Of a DNA stretch of 32,000 nucleotides, positions 1 to 8,669 are shown one piece after another. Position 1 is the first letter of the stretch; each line of letters begins with the position of its first letter. The stretch lies in contig NC_022359.1 in the NCBI RefSeq assembly GCF_000354175.2, positions 1,230,001 through 1,262,000 of the forward strand. Direction: 5' to 3'. This DNA comes from Vibrio alginolyticus NBRC 15630 = ATCC 17749. Its GTDB lineage: Bacteria; Pseudomonadota; Gammaproteobacteria; Enterobacterales; Vibrionaceae. A program made the translations under genes and the position numbers. The notes under the pieces are model-generated. The model was given only the letters and a program-made list of their open reading frames with translations. It made no database searches and had not been told where the DNA came from.

Positions 1-377
1 TCGGAAACATTGCTCTAGTCGTTGAAAATTACGACGATGCTATCGAGTTCTATACTCAAAAACTTCAATTCACTCTGGTTGAAGATACCAACCTAGGTGG
101 TGGTAAACGCTGGGTTCAAGTTTCTCCTCCAAACTCCAATGGTACAAACCTACTTTTAGCTCAAGCGAGTACACCGGAGCAAACGCATGCAGTAGGAAAT
201 CAAACAGGTGGTCGTGTTTTCCTGTTTCTGCAAACTAATGATTTTTGGCGTGACTACGAGTTGATGAAGAAAAATGGTGTTGTATTTAATGAAGAGCCTC
301 GTGTGGAAGAATACGGGACAGTGGTGGTGTTCCAAGATCTCTATGGTAATAAATGGGACTTACTGCAACTGAACTAG
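1..377 (+). CDS. VOC (glyoxalase/bleomycin-resistance/dioxygenase) family protein, 5'-truncated by the window edge
   Basis: Frame 3 is open from the window edge to TAG at 375-377. Translation is GNIALVVENYDDAIEFYTQKLQFTLVEDTNLGGGKRWVQVSPP...GGRVFLFLQTNDFWRDYELMKKNGVVFNEEPRVEEYGTVVVFQDLYGNKWDLLQLN. This looks like a typical VOC beta-alpha-beta-beta-beta module. It is absent from the ORF track because it has no start codon inside the window. Confidence 0.7.
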   Translation, partial: GNIALVVENYDDAIEFYTQKLQFTLVEDTNLGGGKRWVQVSPPNSNGTNLLLAQASTPEQTHAVGNQTGGRVFLFLQTNDFWRDYELMKKNGVVFNEEPRVEEYGTVVVFQDLYGNKWDLLQLN

Positions 378-560
378 AAACTACATAGCACCTGCATAGC
401 ATAGTGTTCATGAGGAGTTTCCAACAAGCCTTTAAGGCTCTGAGATATTAGTGCTAATTCAAAGGTTCTCAGAAGTTACTGTATTTCTAAATCACTTTTG
501 TGCAAACAATAACTAGCCATCATTCCTTCTCGATGTATCAACAAGTGTTAGGGCGGCACA

Positions 561-596
561 CCAAAAACAAAAAGGCGAACCAAACGGTTCGCCTTT
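561..596 (-). terminator. Rho-independent terminator downstream of gcvP
   Basis: Arms AAAGGCGAACC (571-581) and GGTTCGCCTTT (586-596) with a 4-nt loop. On the minus strand the stem is followed by TTTTTGTTTTT. It lies 23 nt after the gcvP stop. Confidence 0.75.
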
Positions 597-618
597 GTCG
601 ATTTAGAGACTACAAAAA

Positions 619-3483
619 TTAATCTTCGTAGTTATCGATGCTTGGGCATGAACAGATTAGGTTACGGTCACCGTATACGTTATCCACGCGATTTACCGTT
701 GGCCAGTACTTCCAAGATTTGGTCGCTTTAGACGGGAAGCAGCCAATCTCGCGAGAGTAAGGGCGGTCCCAATCTTCAGCTGAAAGATCAACTTGTGTGT
801 GTGGCGCGTTAACAAGTGGGTTGTTATCCAGTGGCCATTCACCGTTTTTCACTTTCTCCATTTCTTCGCGGATAGCGATCATCGCATCACAGAAGCGGTC
901 CAGCTCTTCTAGATCTTCCGATTCCGTTGGCTCAACCATTAGCGTGCCCGCTACAGGGAACGACATAGTTGGTGCGTGGAAACCGTAGTCCATTAGACGC
1001 TTCGCGATGTCTTCTTCGCTGATACCTGTTTCTTCTTTCAGCGGACGAATGTCGATAATACATTCGTGCGCTACGCGGCCATTTTTGCCACGGTAAAGAA
1101 CAGGGTAGTGTTGGCGAAGTGTTTCCATCACGTAGTTTGCGTTCAGAATTGCTACTTTTGTAGCATCTGTTAAGCCAGCTTCGCCCATCATTGCGATGTA
1201 AGCCCAAGAGATAGGCAGGATAGAAGCGCTACCCATATCTGCTGCTGATACTGCGAAATCTGCGCCTTCTACACCGTCTTCAATATGCCCTGGTAAGAAA
1301 GGAGCTAGGTGAGATTTCACACCGATAGGACCCATACCCGGACCGCCACCACCGTGCGGGATGCAGAAGGTTTTGTGTAGGTTTAGGTGAGAAACGTCTG
1401 AACCGATGAAGCCTGGTGATGTTAGACCAACCTGCGCGTTCATGTTAGCGCCGTCTAGGTAAACCTGACCACCAGCGGCATGAACCATTTCACACACTTC
1501 TTTCACTTTCTCTTCGTAAACGCCGTGCGTAGAAGGGTAAGTGATCATAATGCTTGATAGGTTGTCTTTGTGTTTCTCGATTTTCGCTGCTAGGTCGTCG
1601 ATGTCGATGTTGCCTTCTTCATCACACTTAACCACAACCACTTTCATTGACACCATAGATGCTGTCGCAGGGTTAGTACCGTGCGCAGAGCTTGGGATCA
1701 AACATACGTTGCGGTGACCTTCGCCACGGCTTTCGTGGTAGCGTTGAATCGCGATAAGACCTGCGTACTCACCCGATGCACCAGAGTTTGGTTGTAGTGA
1801 GAATGCGTCATAGCCAGTGATTTCACATAGCTTTTCTTTAAGGTCTTTTGCGAGTGCAGCGTAACCAGCTGCTTGTTCTGCTGGTGCGAACGGGTGGATC
1901 GAACCAAACTCAGGCCAAGTTACTGGAATCATCTCTGCTGCTGCGTTCAGCTTCATCGTACAGCTGCCCAGTGGGATCATGCCGTGCGTGAGTGAGAAGT
2001 CTTTGTTCTCTAGCTGTTTTAGGTAACGCATCATCTGTGTTTCGCTGTGGTGCGTGTTAAACACAGGGTGTGTTAGATATTCTGTTGTGCGGCGCAATGC
2101 TTCTGGAATGGCTGCAAACTCGTTGCCTGCGATTTCAGTTGATAGTGCTGCGACTTCTTCTTTCACACCGAATACTGCGAATAGGGCTTCTACATCTGCC
2201 ACGGTTGTGGTTTCGTCGAAGCTCACACCTAGCTGAGTACCCAACTTACGTAGGTTGATGTCTGCGGCTAGTGCTTTCGCGTATAGGTCTTCAGTTTGTG
2301 CACCTGTGTTGATAGTGATGGTGTCGAAGAAGCTGTTGTGAGCAAGCTCGAAGCCGCCTTTAGTTAGGCCAGCGGCTAGGATGGCTGTCATGTGGTGCGT
2401 ACGACGAGCAATCGTGCGTAGACCTTCTGCGCCGTGGTAAACCGCGTAGAAAGACGCCATGTTCGCTAGCAGTGCTTGAGCAGTACAGATGTTTGATGTC
2501 GCTTTTTCACGACGGATGTGCTGTTCACGCGTTTGCATTGCCATACGCAGTGCTTGGTTACCATTGGTATCGATAGAAACACCGATAACACGACCAGGCA
2601 TTGTACGCTTGTGCTTATCACGCGTTGCCATGAAAGCAGCGTGTGGACCGCCGTAACCCATCGGCACACCAAAACGTTGTGCTGAACCGATTGCTACGTC
2701 TGCGCCCATTTCACCTGCAGGTTTAAGTAGGGTAGAAGCAAGAAGGTCCGTTGCTACAGTCACTAGTGTTTTGTTTGCTTGCGCTTTAGCGATGATGTCC
2801 GTTAGGTCACGAACTTCACCTGTTGTACTTGGGTACTGAACTAGTGCGCCGAACACGTCTTGCTCTGGTAGTGATTCTAAAGAACCAACCAAGACTTCAA
2901 AGCCGATGAATTTCGCACGAGTTTTTACCACTTCGATGGTTTGTGGGTGAACGTCGTCAGCAACGAAGAATACGTTGCTCTTGCTTTTACCCGCACGCTT
3001 ACAAAGTGTCATCGCTTCTGCTGCTGCCGTTGCTTCATCGAGCAATGACGCGTTCGCGATTTCCATACCAGTAAGATCCATCACCATTTGTTGGTAGTTT
3101 AGAAGTGCTTCTAAACGACCTTGTGAGATCTCTGGTTGGTAAGGGGTGTAAGCAGTGTACCAGCCCGGGTTTTCCATCACGTTGCGTAGAATCACGTTCG
3201 GCGTGAAGGTGTTGTAGTAACCCTGACCAATGAATGTACGTTTAACTTGGTTCTGATCGGCGAACTTACGCATGGCTGCCAGCATGTCTGCTTCGCTTTT
3301 CGCTTCTGCCAAGCTCATTGGTTGCTCTAGGCGAATTTGTGCTGGTACGGTTTCGTCGATAAGCGAATCTAGGCTAACTGCGTTGATCGCTTCCAACATT
3401 TTCTGTTGGTCAGATTTGTTTGGTCCATTGTGGCGAGCAACGAACTCGTTTTGTGTGCTGAGGCTTTGAAGTAATTCAGTCAT
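619..3483 (-). CDS. gcvP: Glycine dehydrogenase (decarboxylating), glycine-cleavage P protein
   Basis: 954-aa ORF of the single-chain P-protein length. It has the PLP-lysine context [19 protein letters not shown] and sits immediately downstream of gcvH. Confidence 0.97.
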   Translation of the reverse strand: MTELLQSLSTQNEFVARHNGPNKSDQQKMLEAINAVSLDSLIDETVPAQIRLEQPMSLAEAKSEADMLAAMRKFADQNQVKRTFIGQGYYNTFTPNVILRNVMENPGWYTAYTPYQPEISQGRLEALLNYQQMVMDLTGMEIANASLLDEATAAAEAMTLCKRAGKSKSNVFFVADDVHPQTIEVVKTRAKFIGFEVLVGSLESLPEQDVFGALVQYPSTTGEVRDLTDIIAKAQANKTLVTVATDLLASTLLKPAGEMGADVAIGSAQRFGVPMGYGGPHAAFMATRDKHKRTMPGRVIGVSIDTNGNQALRMAMQTREQHIRREKATSNICTAQALLANMASFYAVYHGAEGLRTIARRTHHMTAILAAGLTKGGFELAHNSFFDTITINTGAQTEDLYAKALAADINLRKLGTQLGVSFDETTTVADVEALFAVFGVKEEVAALSTEIAGNEFAAIPEALRRTTEYLTHPVFNTHHSETQMMRYLKQLENKDFSLTHGMIPLGSCTMKLNAAAEMIPVTWPEFGSIHPFAPAEQAAGYAALAKDLKEKLCEITGYDAFSLQPNSGASGEYAGLIAIQRYHESRGEGHRNVCLIPSSAHGTNPATASMVSMKVVVVKCDEEGNIDIDDLAAKIEKHKDNLSSIMITYPSTHGVYEEKVKEVCEMVHAAGGQVYLDGANMNAQVGLTSPGFIGSDVSHLNLHKTFCIPHGGGGPGMGPIGVKSHLAPFLPGHIEDGVEGADFAVSAADMGSASILPISWAYIAMMGEAGLTDATKVAILNANYVMETLRQHYPVLYRGKNGRVAHECIIDIRPLKEETGISEEDIAKRLMDYGFHAPTMSFPVAGTLMVEPTESEDLEELDRFCDAMIAIREEMEKVKNGEWPLDNNPLVNAPHTQVDLSAEDWDRPYSREIGCFPSKATKSWKYWPTVNRVDNVYGDRNLICSCPSIDNYED

Positions 3484-3555
3484 TGTCCTTTACCTACTCC
3501 TTGGTTCGGGTAACGGATTTGCGTTACTGATAAATTAAATTATACGTCCGAACCT

Positions 3556-3596
3556 AGAAAAAAAGCTGTTCTCTAAACAGGCTAGGGAACAGCTTT
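3556..3596 (-). terminator. Terminator-like hairpin plus U-tract between gcvH and gcvP (possible partial terminator)
   Basis: On the minus strand, AAAGCUGUUC and GAACAGCUUU form a 10-bp stem with a 15-nt loop, followed by a U-run (plus-strand A-run 3558-3564). It lies 14 nt after the gcvH stop and about 70 nt before the gcvP start. Confidence 0.55.
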
Positions 3597-3609
3597 CGTC
3601 ACATCCTAA

Positions 3610-3990
3610 TTACTCTTCTTCGATAGAGTTTAGGTATTCGTCTGCGTCTTTCAGGTTATCTAGTTCAGATACATCAGACATCTTCACTTTTACGATCCAG
3701 CCACCTTCGTACGGCTCTTCGTTAATTAGCTCTGGGCTGTCTTCTAGTTCTTCATTGATTTCTACGATTTCACCAGTGATTGGTGCGTAGATGTCTGACG
3801 CTGCTTTTACAGATTCAACGAGAGAGAAGCTTTCACCTGCTTCAACTTCGTCTTCTACGTCTGGTAGGTCAACGAATACCACGTCACCTAGCATTTCTTG
3901 TGCATGCTCAGAAATACCAATTGTTACTGTGCCGTCACCGTTGTCACGTACCCACTCGTGGCTATCTGCAAACTTCAGTGTTTTGTCCAT
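3610..3990 (-). CDS. gcvH: Glycine-cleavage system H protein (lipoyl carrier)
   Basis: 126 aa with the lipoyl-lysine motif [14 protein letters not shown]. Acidic, with typical GcvH length and position. Confidence 0.95.
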   Translation of the reverse strand: MDKTLKFADSHEWVRDNGDGTVTIGISEHAQEMLGDVVFVDLPDVEDEVEAGESFSLVESVKAASDIYAPITGEIVEINEELEDSPELINEEPYEGGWIVKVKMSDVSELDNLKDADEYLNSIEEE

Positions 3991-4043
3991 TGCTTAATCT
4001 CCGAATAACTTGTCAGGAATTATTATGATTTCAAAAAAATCGT

Positions 4044-5339
4044 TTACTGGTATAGAGGAAAGCGACTGCAAAGTTCTTTTACTTCTTTGCGAACGCGTTT
4101 TTCAACTTCTGCGTCACCTTCAGGGTTGTTCACTAAACCGTCCAGTACGTCACCAATCCAATTACCGATGAGTTTGAATTCTTCAGCGCCAAAGCCGCGG
4201 CTTGTACCCGCAGGCGTTCCTAAACGGATGCCCGATGTAATCATAGGCTTCTCTGTATCGAATGGGATGCCATTTTTGTTACATGTGATCCCAGCACGCT
4301 CTAGAGCTTCTTCTGCTTTATTGCCTTTCAACCCTTTCGGACGAAGGTCAACCAGCATTAGGTGCGTGTCTGTGCCACCAGTTACGATGTCGCAACCGCG
4401 AGTTTGCAATACTTCCGCTAGGACTTTTGCGTTATTGATCACCGAATCAATATAAGTTTTAAATTCAGGGCCAAGCGCTTCACCAAATGCGACCGCTTTG
4501 GCTGCGATAACGTGCATCAGTGGGCCACCTTGTAGGCCAGGGAATACGGCTGAGTTGATTTTCTTAATGATGTCTTCGTGGTTAGTAAGAATCATACCGC
4601 CGCGAGGGCCACGCAATGTTTTGTGTGTTGTAGTCGTAACAACGTGTGCGTGTGGCAATGGGCTAGGGTGTGCGCCTGTTGCGATAAGACCAGCGATGTG
4701 CGCCATGTCGACCATAAGAATTGCATTTACTTCGTCTGCGATTTCACGGAATTTTGCAAAGTCGATAGTACGTGGAATAGCGCTACCACCTGCGATGATC
4801 ATTTTAGGTTGGTGCTCAAGTGCTAGCTCACGAACATCTTCGTAGTTAATTTCTAGTGTTTCGCGATCAACACCGTATTGAACTGCATTAAACCATTTAC
4901 CAGAAAGTGCAGGGCGTGCGCCGTGCGTCAGGTGACCACCTGCGTCTAAAGACATACCAAGAATGGTGTCACCAGGTTGAAGCAGTGCCAGCTTTACTGC
5001 GCCGTTTGCTTGTGCCCCTGAGTGTGGTTGAACGTTTGCGTATTCACAATTGAAAAGTTTTTTTGCGCGTTCGATAGCAATGGCTTCCACTGTATCTACG
5101 TGCTCACAACCACCATAGTAACGACGACCTGGGTAACCTTCAGCGTATTTGTTTGTTAGGCATGTGCCTTGAGCTTGCATTACCGCTTTAGAAACAATGT
5201 TCTCGGAAGCGATAAGTTCGATTTGTTCGTTTTGGCGAGCGGATTCCGCTTGAATTCCAGCAAAGACAGCATCATCTGTCGCAGAGAGGTTGGTAGAGAA
5301 AAAGTTTTCCAAGCTGTGGTTAGGGTAACTCTTATTCAT
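4044..5339 (-). CDS. glyA: Serine hydroxymethyltransferase
   Basis: 431 aa with the SHMT signature [17 protein letters not shown] (PLP lysine) and N-terminal [38 protein letters not shown]. It lies upstream of gcvH and gcvP on the same strand. Confidence 0.95.
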   Translation of the reverse strand: MNKSYPNHSLENFFSTNLSATDDAVFAGIQAESARQNEQIELIASENIVSKAVMQAQGTCLTNKYAEGYPGRRYYGGCEHVDTVEAIAIERAKKLFNCEYANVQPHSGAQANGAVKLALLQPGDTILGMSLDAGGHLTHGARPALSGKWFNAVQYGVDRETLEINYEDVRELALEHQPKMIIAGGSAIPRTIDFAKFREIADEVNAILMVDMAHIAGLIATGAHPSPLPHAHVVTTTTHKTLRGPRGGMILTNHEDIIKKINSAVFPGLQGGPLMHVIAAKAVAFGEALGPEFKTYIDSVINNAKVLAEVLQTRGCDIVTGGTDTHLMLVDLRPKGLKGNKAEEALERAGITCNKNGIPFDTEKPMITSGIRLGTPAGTSRGFGAEEFKLIGNWIGDVLDGLVNNPEGDAEVEKRVRKEVKELCSRFPLYQ

Positions 5340-5361
5340 GGTAGTTGACCTTCCAAATCTG

Positions 5362-5408
5362 AAAATGAACCCGCAATAGATGAGTTATGATTTGCGGTTG
5401 TGGTTCAT
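5362..5408 (-). promoter_or_regulatory. Terminator-like hairpin in the glyA 5' leader (candidate attenuator)
   Basis: Minus strand reads AUGAACC-ACAAC-CGCAA ... UUGCG-GGUUCAU (about 12 bp with a 5-nt bulge and a 15-nt loop), followed by UUUC. It ends about 22 nt upstream of the glyA ATG and just before the GGAAGG Shine-Dalgarno sequence. Confidence 0.4.
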
Positions 5409-5584
5409 TTGTCCTCAAAAACAGCTGAACTGCGTAGCAGAACAGAGTGAACATCCGGCCCTAAATTTGGGCAAAAACTCCGTTGGATTGCGTGTTTCCT
5501 TTACCAATCTCTTACGGAAATATGCATCTCTACATCTAACAAGTTGGTAACATAGCGCCTGTGACGGGAACAATCAACCAAAAA

Positions 5585-5598
5585 TTTCCTATAGGAAA
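5585..5598. promoter_or_regulatory. Perfect 14-bp palindrome TTTCCTATAGGAAA (candidate operator, box A)
   Basis: Perfect inverted repeat in the divergent glyA/regulator intergenic region. The 13-mer AAATTTCCTATAG (5582-5594) recurs identically at 6357-6369. Confidence 0.45.
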
Positions 5599-5718
5599 CA
5601 AGATTTCAAAATTTGTTAACAAGAGCACGGTTTAATTCACTTGGTGGACTTCTATCCACTATGTGCTTCATGCACAATGCGAGTAAGACAAAAAATATGG
5701 ATATCTATAGAGGGATTT

Positions 5719-6342
5719 ATGGCAGAAAGTATTTACGATGAATACCCATCGATGACGTTGGCAAAAGAGCAACATGACCAAAATATTGAGCCGTTAAAAC
5801 TGGGCCAGCGTATTAAGGATATCCGCTCGAAACTCGGTATCACATTAGAAGAGGCCAGTCAGCGAACCGGGCTTGCTCGATCTACACTGAGCAAAATAGA
5901 AAATGAGCAGATCTCCCCGACGTTTCAAGCGATGCAAAAATTGGCACTAGGCTTACAAATTGACATGCCACAACTCTTTGAGCCACCTAGAAAAAAGGTA
6001 GCGACAGGGCGTAGGGATGTTACCAAGAAGAATGAAGGTAAACCACACCCAACACAAACTTATGAACATGAACTGCTCGCGACACAACTTTCCAATAAGA
6101 AAATGATGCCGTTTAAGAGCCAAATTCGAGCTCGTAGTTTTGATGAATATAAAGACTGGGTTCGTCATGATGGCGAAGAATTTCTGCTTATCTTATCTGG
6201 TGAGGTCATGTTCTATTCTGAGTTTTACGAACCTGTTGTTTTAAGCGAGGGAGACAGCGTTTATTACGATGCAAATATGGGACATATGTTGACCAGTGTT
6301 AGCGAGGAAGATGCGCTCATTTTGTGGGTGACAGCCAAATAG
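5719..6342 (+). CDS. XRE-family HTH plus cupin-domain transcriptional regulator
   Basis: N-terminal HTH_XRE (LGQRIKDIRSKLGITLEEASQRTGLARSTLSKIENEQISPT) and C-terminal cupin (HDGEEFLLILSGEVMFY...GDSVYYDANMGH). The ORF track starts at TTG 5641. ATG 5719 has a GAGGGA Shine-Dalgarno sequence just upstream, so I prefer it. Confidence 0.85.
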   Translation: MAESIYDEYPSMTLAKEQHDQNIEPLKLGQRIKDIRSKLGITLEEASQRTGLARSTLSKIENEQISPTFQAMQKLALGLQIDMPQLFEPPRKKVATGRRDVTKKNEGKPHPTQTYEHELLATQLSNKKMMPFKSQIRARSFDEYKDWVRHDGEEFLLILSGEVMFYSEFYEPVVLSEGDSVYYDANMGHMLTSVSEEDALILWVTAK

Positions 6343-6356
6343 TGATAAATACTTGT

Positions 6357-6374
6357 AAATTTCCTATAGTGAAA
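6357..6374. promoter_or_regulatory. Second copy of the box (AAATTTCCTATAG-TGAAA), box B
   Basis: 13 of 13 nt identical to 5582-5594, with an imperfect palindrome TTTCCTATAGTGAAA. It starts 15 nt after the regulator stop codon and lies upstream of that gene's terminator. Confidence 0.4.
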
Positions 6375-6411
6375 GCAAACGATTGCTGTTGGTGGTCGTT
6401 ATGATGAAAAG

Positions 6412-6453
6412 GCGCTTTTTTGATGAGAACTTGCTCATTAAAGCGCTTTTTTT
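6412..6453 (+). terminator. Rho-independent terminator of the XRE-cupin regulator gene
   Basis: GCGC...TTGATGAG pairs with CTCATTAA-A-GCGC (with an internal loop), followed by a T7 run at 6447-6453. Confidence 0.6.
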
Positions 6454-6602
6454 GTACGATTTGTTGTGATTAAAATGTTAAGAGTCACACTTTTGCAAGT
6501 CGATCTACGTCTTGTTCGTGCAAAATAGAATGAGCCATGTTTATTATTGGAAACACATCGAATGCCGATAGCATTCTCGGGTCTATCTAAATGGAGACGA
6601 AA

Positions 6603-7721
6603 ATGACTCAAGAACTACTGAAAACACCACTACACGCACTTCACGTTGAAGTTGGTGCCAAAATGGTCCCGTTCGCGGGTTACGATATGCCTGTTCAGTA
6701 TCCTCTAGGCGTAAAGAAGGAACACTTACATACTCGTGATGCGGCAGGTCTGTTTGACGTTTCTCACATGGGACAGCTTCGCCTAATTGGTGACGGTGCA
6801 GCTGCGTTCCTAGAAACATTAGTTCCAGTGGATATTGTGGATCTTGAGTCTGGTAAACAGCGTTACGCTTTTTTCACTAATGAAGAGGGCGGCATCATGG
6901 ACGACTTGATGGTGGCTAACCTAGGCGATCATCTGTTTGTGGTTGTGAACGCAGCATGTAAAGCGCAAGATATCGCACACCTACAAGCGCATTTACCATC
7001 TGGTGTTGAGCTAGAAATTATCGAAGACCGAGCTCTACTTGCAATCCAAGGCCCTAAAGCGGCGGCTGTATTGGCGCGTTTTGCACCAGAAGTTTCTGAA
7101 ATGCTGTTCATGGATATTCGTAAAGTCGATATTTTAGGCGCCGAGTGCATTGTTTCTCGTAGTGGTTATACAGGCGAAGACGGTTACGAAATTTCGGTTC
7201 CTGCTGACAAAGCGGAAGAGCTAGCACGGAAACTGACTGCGGAAGATGAAGTTGAATGGATTGGCCTTGGTGCTCGTGATTCGCTTCGTCTTGAGTGTGG
7301 CCTTTGTCTATACGGTCATGACCTAGACACAACAACAACACCTGTTGAAGCGAGCTTGCTATGGGGTATCCAAAAAGTTCGTCGTATTGGTGGTGAACGT
7401 GAAGGTGGTTTCCCTGGCGCAGACATTATTCTTAAGCAGATTGAGACTAAAGATGTGGCGCGTAAGCGTGTGGGTCTAGTAGGTCAAACCAAAGCGCCAG
7501 TGCGTGAAGGTGTTGAACTGTTTGATGCTGACGGCGTTAAAATTGGCGTTGTAACCAGTGGTACGGCGGGCCCGAATGCAGGTAAGCCAGTCTCAATGGG
7601 GTATGTTCGTGCGGATTTGGCGGCGATTGGTACTGAAGTGTTCGCTGAAGTGCGTGGCAAAATGCTACCAATGACAGTTGAAAAAATGCCGTTCGTACCA
7701 CAACGCTACTACCGTGGTTAA
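6603..7721 (+). CDS. gcvT: Aminomethyltransferase, glycine-cleavage T protein
   Basis: About 372 aa with GcvT-like sequence (DVSHMGQLRL, GYTGEDGYEISVP, RDSLRLECGLCLYGHD). The ORF track starts at 6591. ATG 6603 is preferred because a GGAG lies 6 nt upstream of it. Confidence 0.95.
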   Translation: MTQELLKTPLHALHVEVGAKMVPFAGYDMPVQYPLGVKKEHLHTRDAAGLFDVSHMGQLRLIGDGAAAFLETLVPVDIVDLESGKQRYAFFTNEEGGIMDDLMVANLGDHLFVVVNAACKAQDIAHLQAHLPSGVELEIIEDRALLAIQGPKAAAVLARFAPEVSEMLFMDIRKVDILGAECIVSRSGYTGEDGYEISVPADKAEELARKLTAEDEVEWIGLGARDSLRLECGLCLYGHDLDTTTTPVEASLLWGIQKVRRIGGEREGGFPGADIILKQIETKDVARKRVGLVGQTKAPVREGVELFDADGVKIGVVTSGTAGPNAGKPVSMGYVRADLAAIGTEVFAEVRGKMLPMTVEKMPFVPQRYYRG

Positions 7722-7737
7722 AACGAATTGAAACAAA

Positions 7738-7767
7738 AATGCCGAGCTTTGTAGCTCGGCATTTTTT
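7738..7767. terminator. Bidirectional rho-independent terminator between gcvT and the TetR gene
   Basis: GCCGAGCT (7741-7748) pairs with AGCTCGGC (7753-7760). The stem is flanked by an A-run upstream and T6 downstream, so a U-tract follows it on either strand. Confidence 0.8.
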
Positions 7768-7780
7768 CGCTTGTTTGCTT

Positions 7781-8509
7781 TTAGTTTACTGCTTCATCAA
7801 TAGTACAGCACATATCAATAACGATATCTTCAAGCTTTTCCGGATGAATCATCTCTTCTTTTGCGATCCCAAATTGAGAGGCCATAATGGTATTAAACAA
7901 TTCCCAATGCTTGATCAGCAGTTTTTCGCGATTATCTGCAATATCCGGCCATGTTTCTTGCATCATTGGCGCGAGACTGACAGCACCATGTGCGAAGATC
8001 AACATTTGCCACTTTGATTCCCACTGATCAAATTGTGCATTAGGGTTTTCGCTGTTGTACTGCTCGAAAATTCCGGTAAATATTGCAGCGAACTCATCTT
8101 TTGACTTTAAGAAATACTGCAGTAGAGCACCGTCATCGCCTTGTCGAATGGCATCGGCGATCATCTGTACTGGATGAGGATTGACGAGAGCAAATGCTAG
8201 CATGCGAACCATAAACAGATAAATTTTTCTATTCGAAGGTGTGTTCTCCGGCATTTCATTGATGAGTTCAGCCATATAGCACTGCATGAACTCGTCCATT
8301 GCATCGCTAACCGCTTGCCAGATTTTCTCTTTGCTGCCGAAGTGGTGACGGATCAAACTATGTGAAACACCAGCCTTTTCACTGATATTGCGCAGCGAGA
8401 CACGCTCGTAACCAAGTTCACAAAACATATCTGCTGCCACTTTAAGGATCAGACACTTAGTTTGTTCTGCTGCTTCAGCACTTCTACGCCCCTGCTTTCT
8501 TTCATTCAT
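7781..8509 (-). CDS. TetR/AcrR-family transcriptional regulator
   Basis: 242 aa with an N-terminal TetR HTH (ILKVAADMFCELGYERVSLRNISEKAGVSHSLIRHHFGSKEKIW). It is divergent from the RND efflux operon. Confidence 0.9.
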   Translation of the reverse strand: MNERKQGRRSAEAAEQTKCLILKVAADMFCELGYERVSLRNISEKAGVSHSLIRHHFGSKEKIWQAVSDAMDEFMQCYMAELINEMPENTPSNRKIYLFMVRMLAFALVNPHPVQMIADAIRQGDDGALLQYFLKSKDEFAAIFTGIFEQYNSENPNAQFDQWESKWQMLIFAHGAVSLAPMMQETWPDIADNREKLLIKHWELFNTIMASQFGIAKEEMIHPEKLEDIVIDMCCTIDEAVN

Positions 8510-8602
8510 AGTTCGAATTTTCCCGAATATTAATCACGCGCTTACTTTTACCAGAAACCGAACGCTTTGACTAATTAATTTGCTATCCACCTGGAAAATA
8601 TG

Positions 8603-8630
8603 TTGATCAATTTCAAATTCTGCTTATACT
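8603..8630 (+). promoter_or_regulatory. Candidate sigma70 promoter of the RND operon
   Basis: TTGATC (8603-8608), a 16-nt spacer, then TATACT (8625-8630), about 40 nt upstream of the GTG start. By-eye match only. Confidence 0.3.
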
Positions 8631-8669
8631 GCACGGCTGTGTAATATATAAAACCTACGGAGAAAGCGG

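Noticed and set aside
378-560. About 180 nt of non-coding sequence after the VOC gene, considered as a possible sRNA or small ORF (repeated CATAGCA, small AGCCT/AGGCT and CTGAGA/TCTCAG stems).
   Set aside because: No promoter-plus-terminator pair and no Shine-Dalgarno-led ORF. The stems are short with large loops.
4087-4845. 122-aa and 115-aa plus-strand ORFs antisense to glyA.
   Set aside because: These are shadow ORFs inside a strongly supported SHMT gene. The translations are low-complexity and rich in S, P, R and A, with no recognisable motif.
5340-5640. Glycine, ZTP (pfl) or THF riboswitch in the glyA leader, minus strand.
   Set aside because: I read the reverse complement base by base and could not find the glycine cores, the ZTP CCGCCUGGGC pseudoknot element, or anything I recognise as THF-like. 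Only the terminator-like hairpin is retained, as a finding.
5641-5718. TTG-initiated N-terminal extension (MVDFYPLCASCTMRVRQKIWISIEGF) of the XRE-cupin regulator in the ORF track.
   Set aside because: No Shine-Dalgarno sequence precedes it and the composition is odd and cysteine-rich. ATG 5719 has a GAGGGA Shine-Dalgarno sequence and gives a normal HTH_XRE N-terminus.
6343-6602. Expected a tandem glycine riboswitch upstream of gcvT, as I recall for the Vibrio cholerae gcvT leader.
   Set aside because: None of the conserved cores (GGAGAG, CACCGAAGG, CUCAGGCAAAAGGAC) is present. Most of the interval is taken up by box B and the regulator gene's terminator, which leaves too little room for a tandem aptamer of about 230 nt. 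A cmscan against Rfam would settle it.
7739-8017. 92-aa plus-strand ORF after gcvT.
   Set aside because: It begins inside the gcvT terminator hairpin and runs antisense to the TetR gene, so it is spurious.
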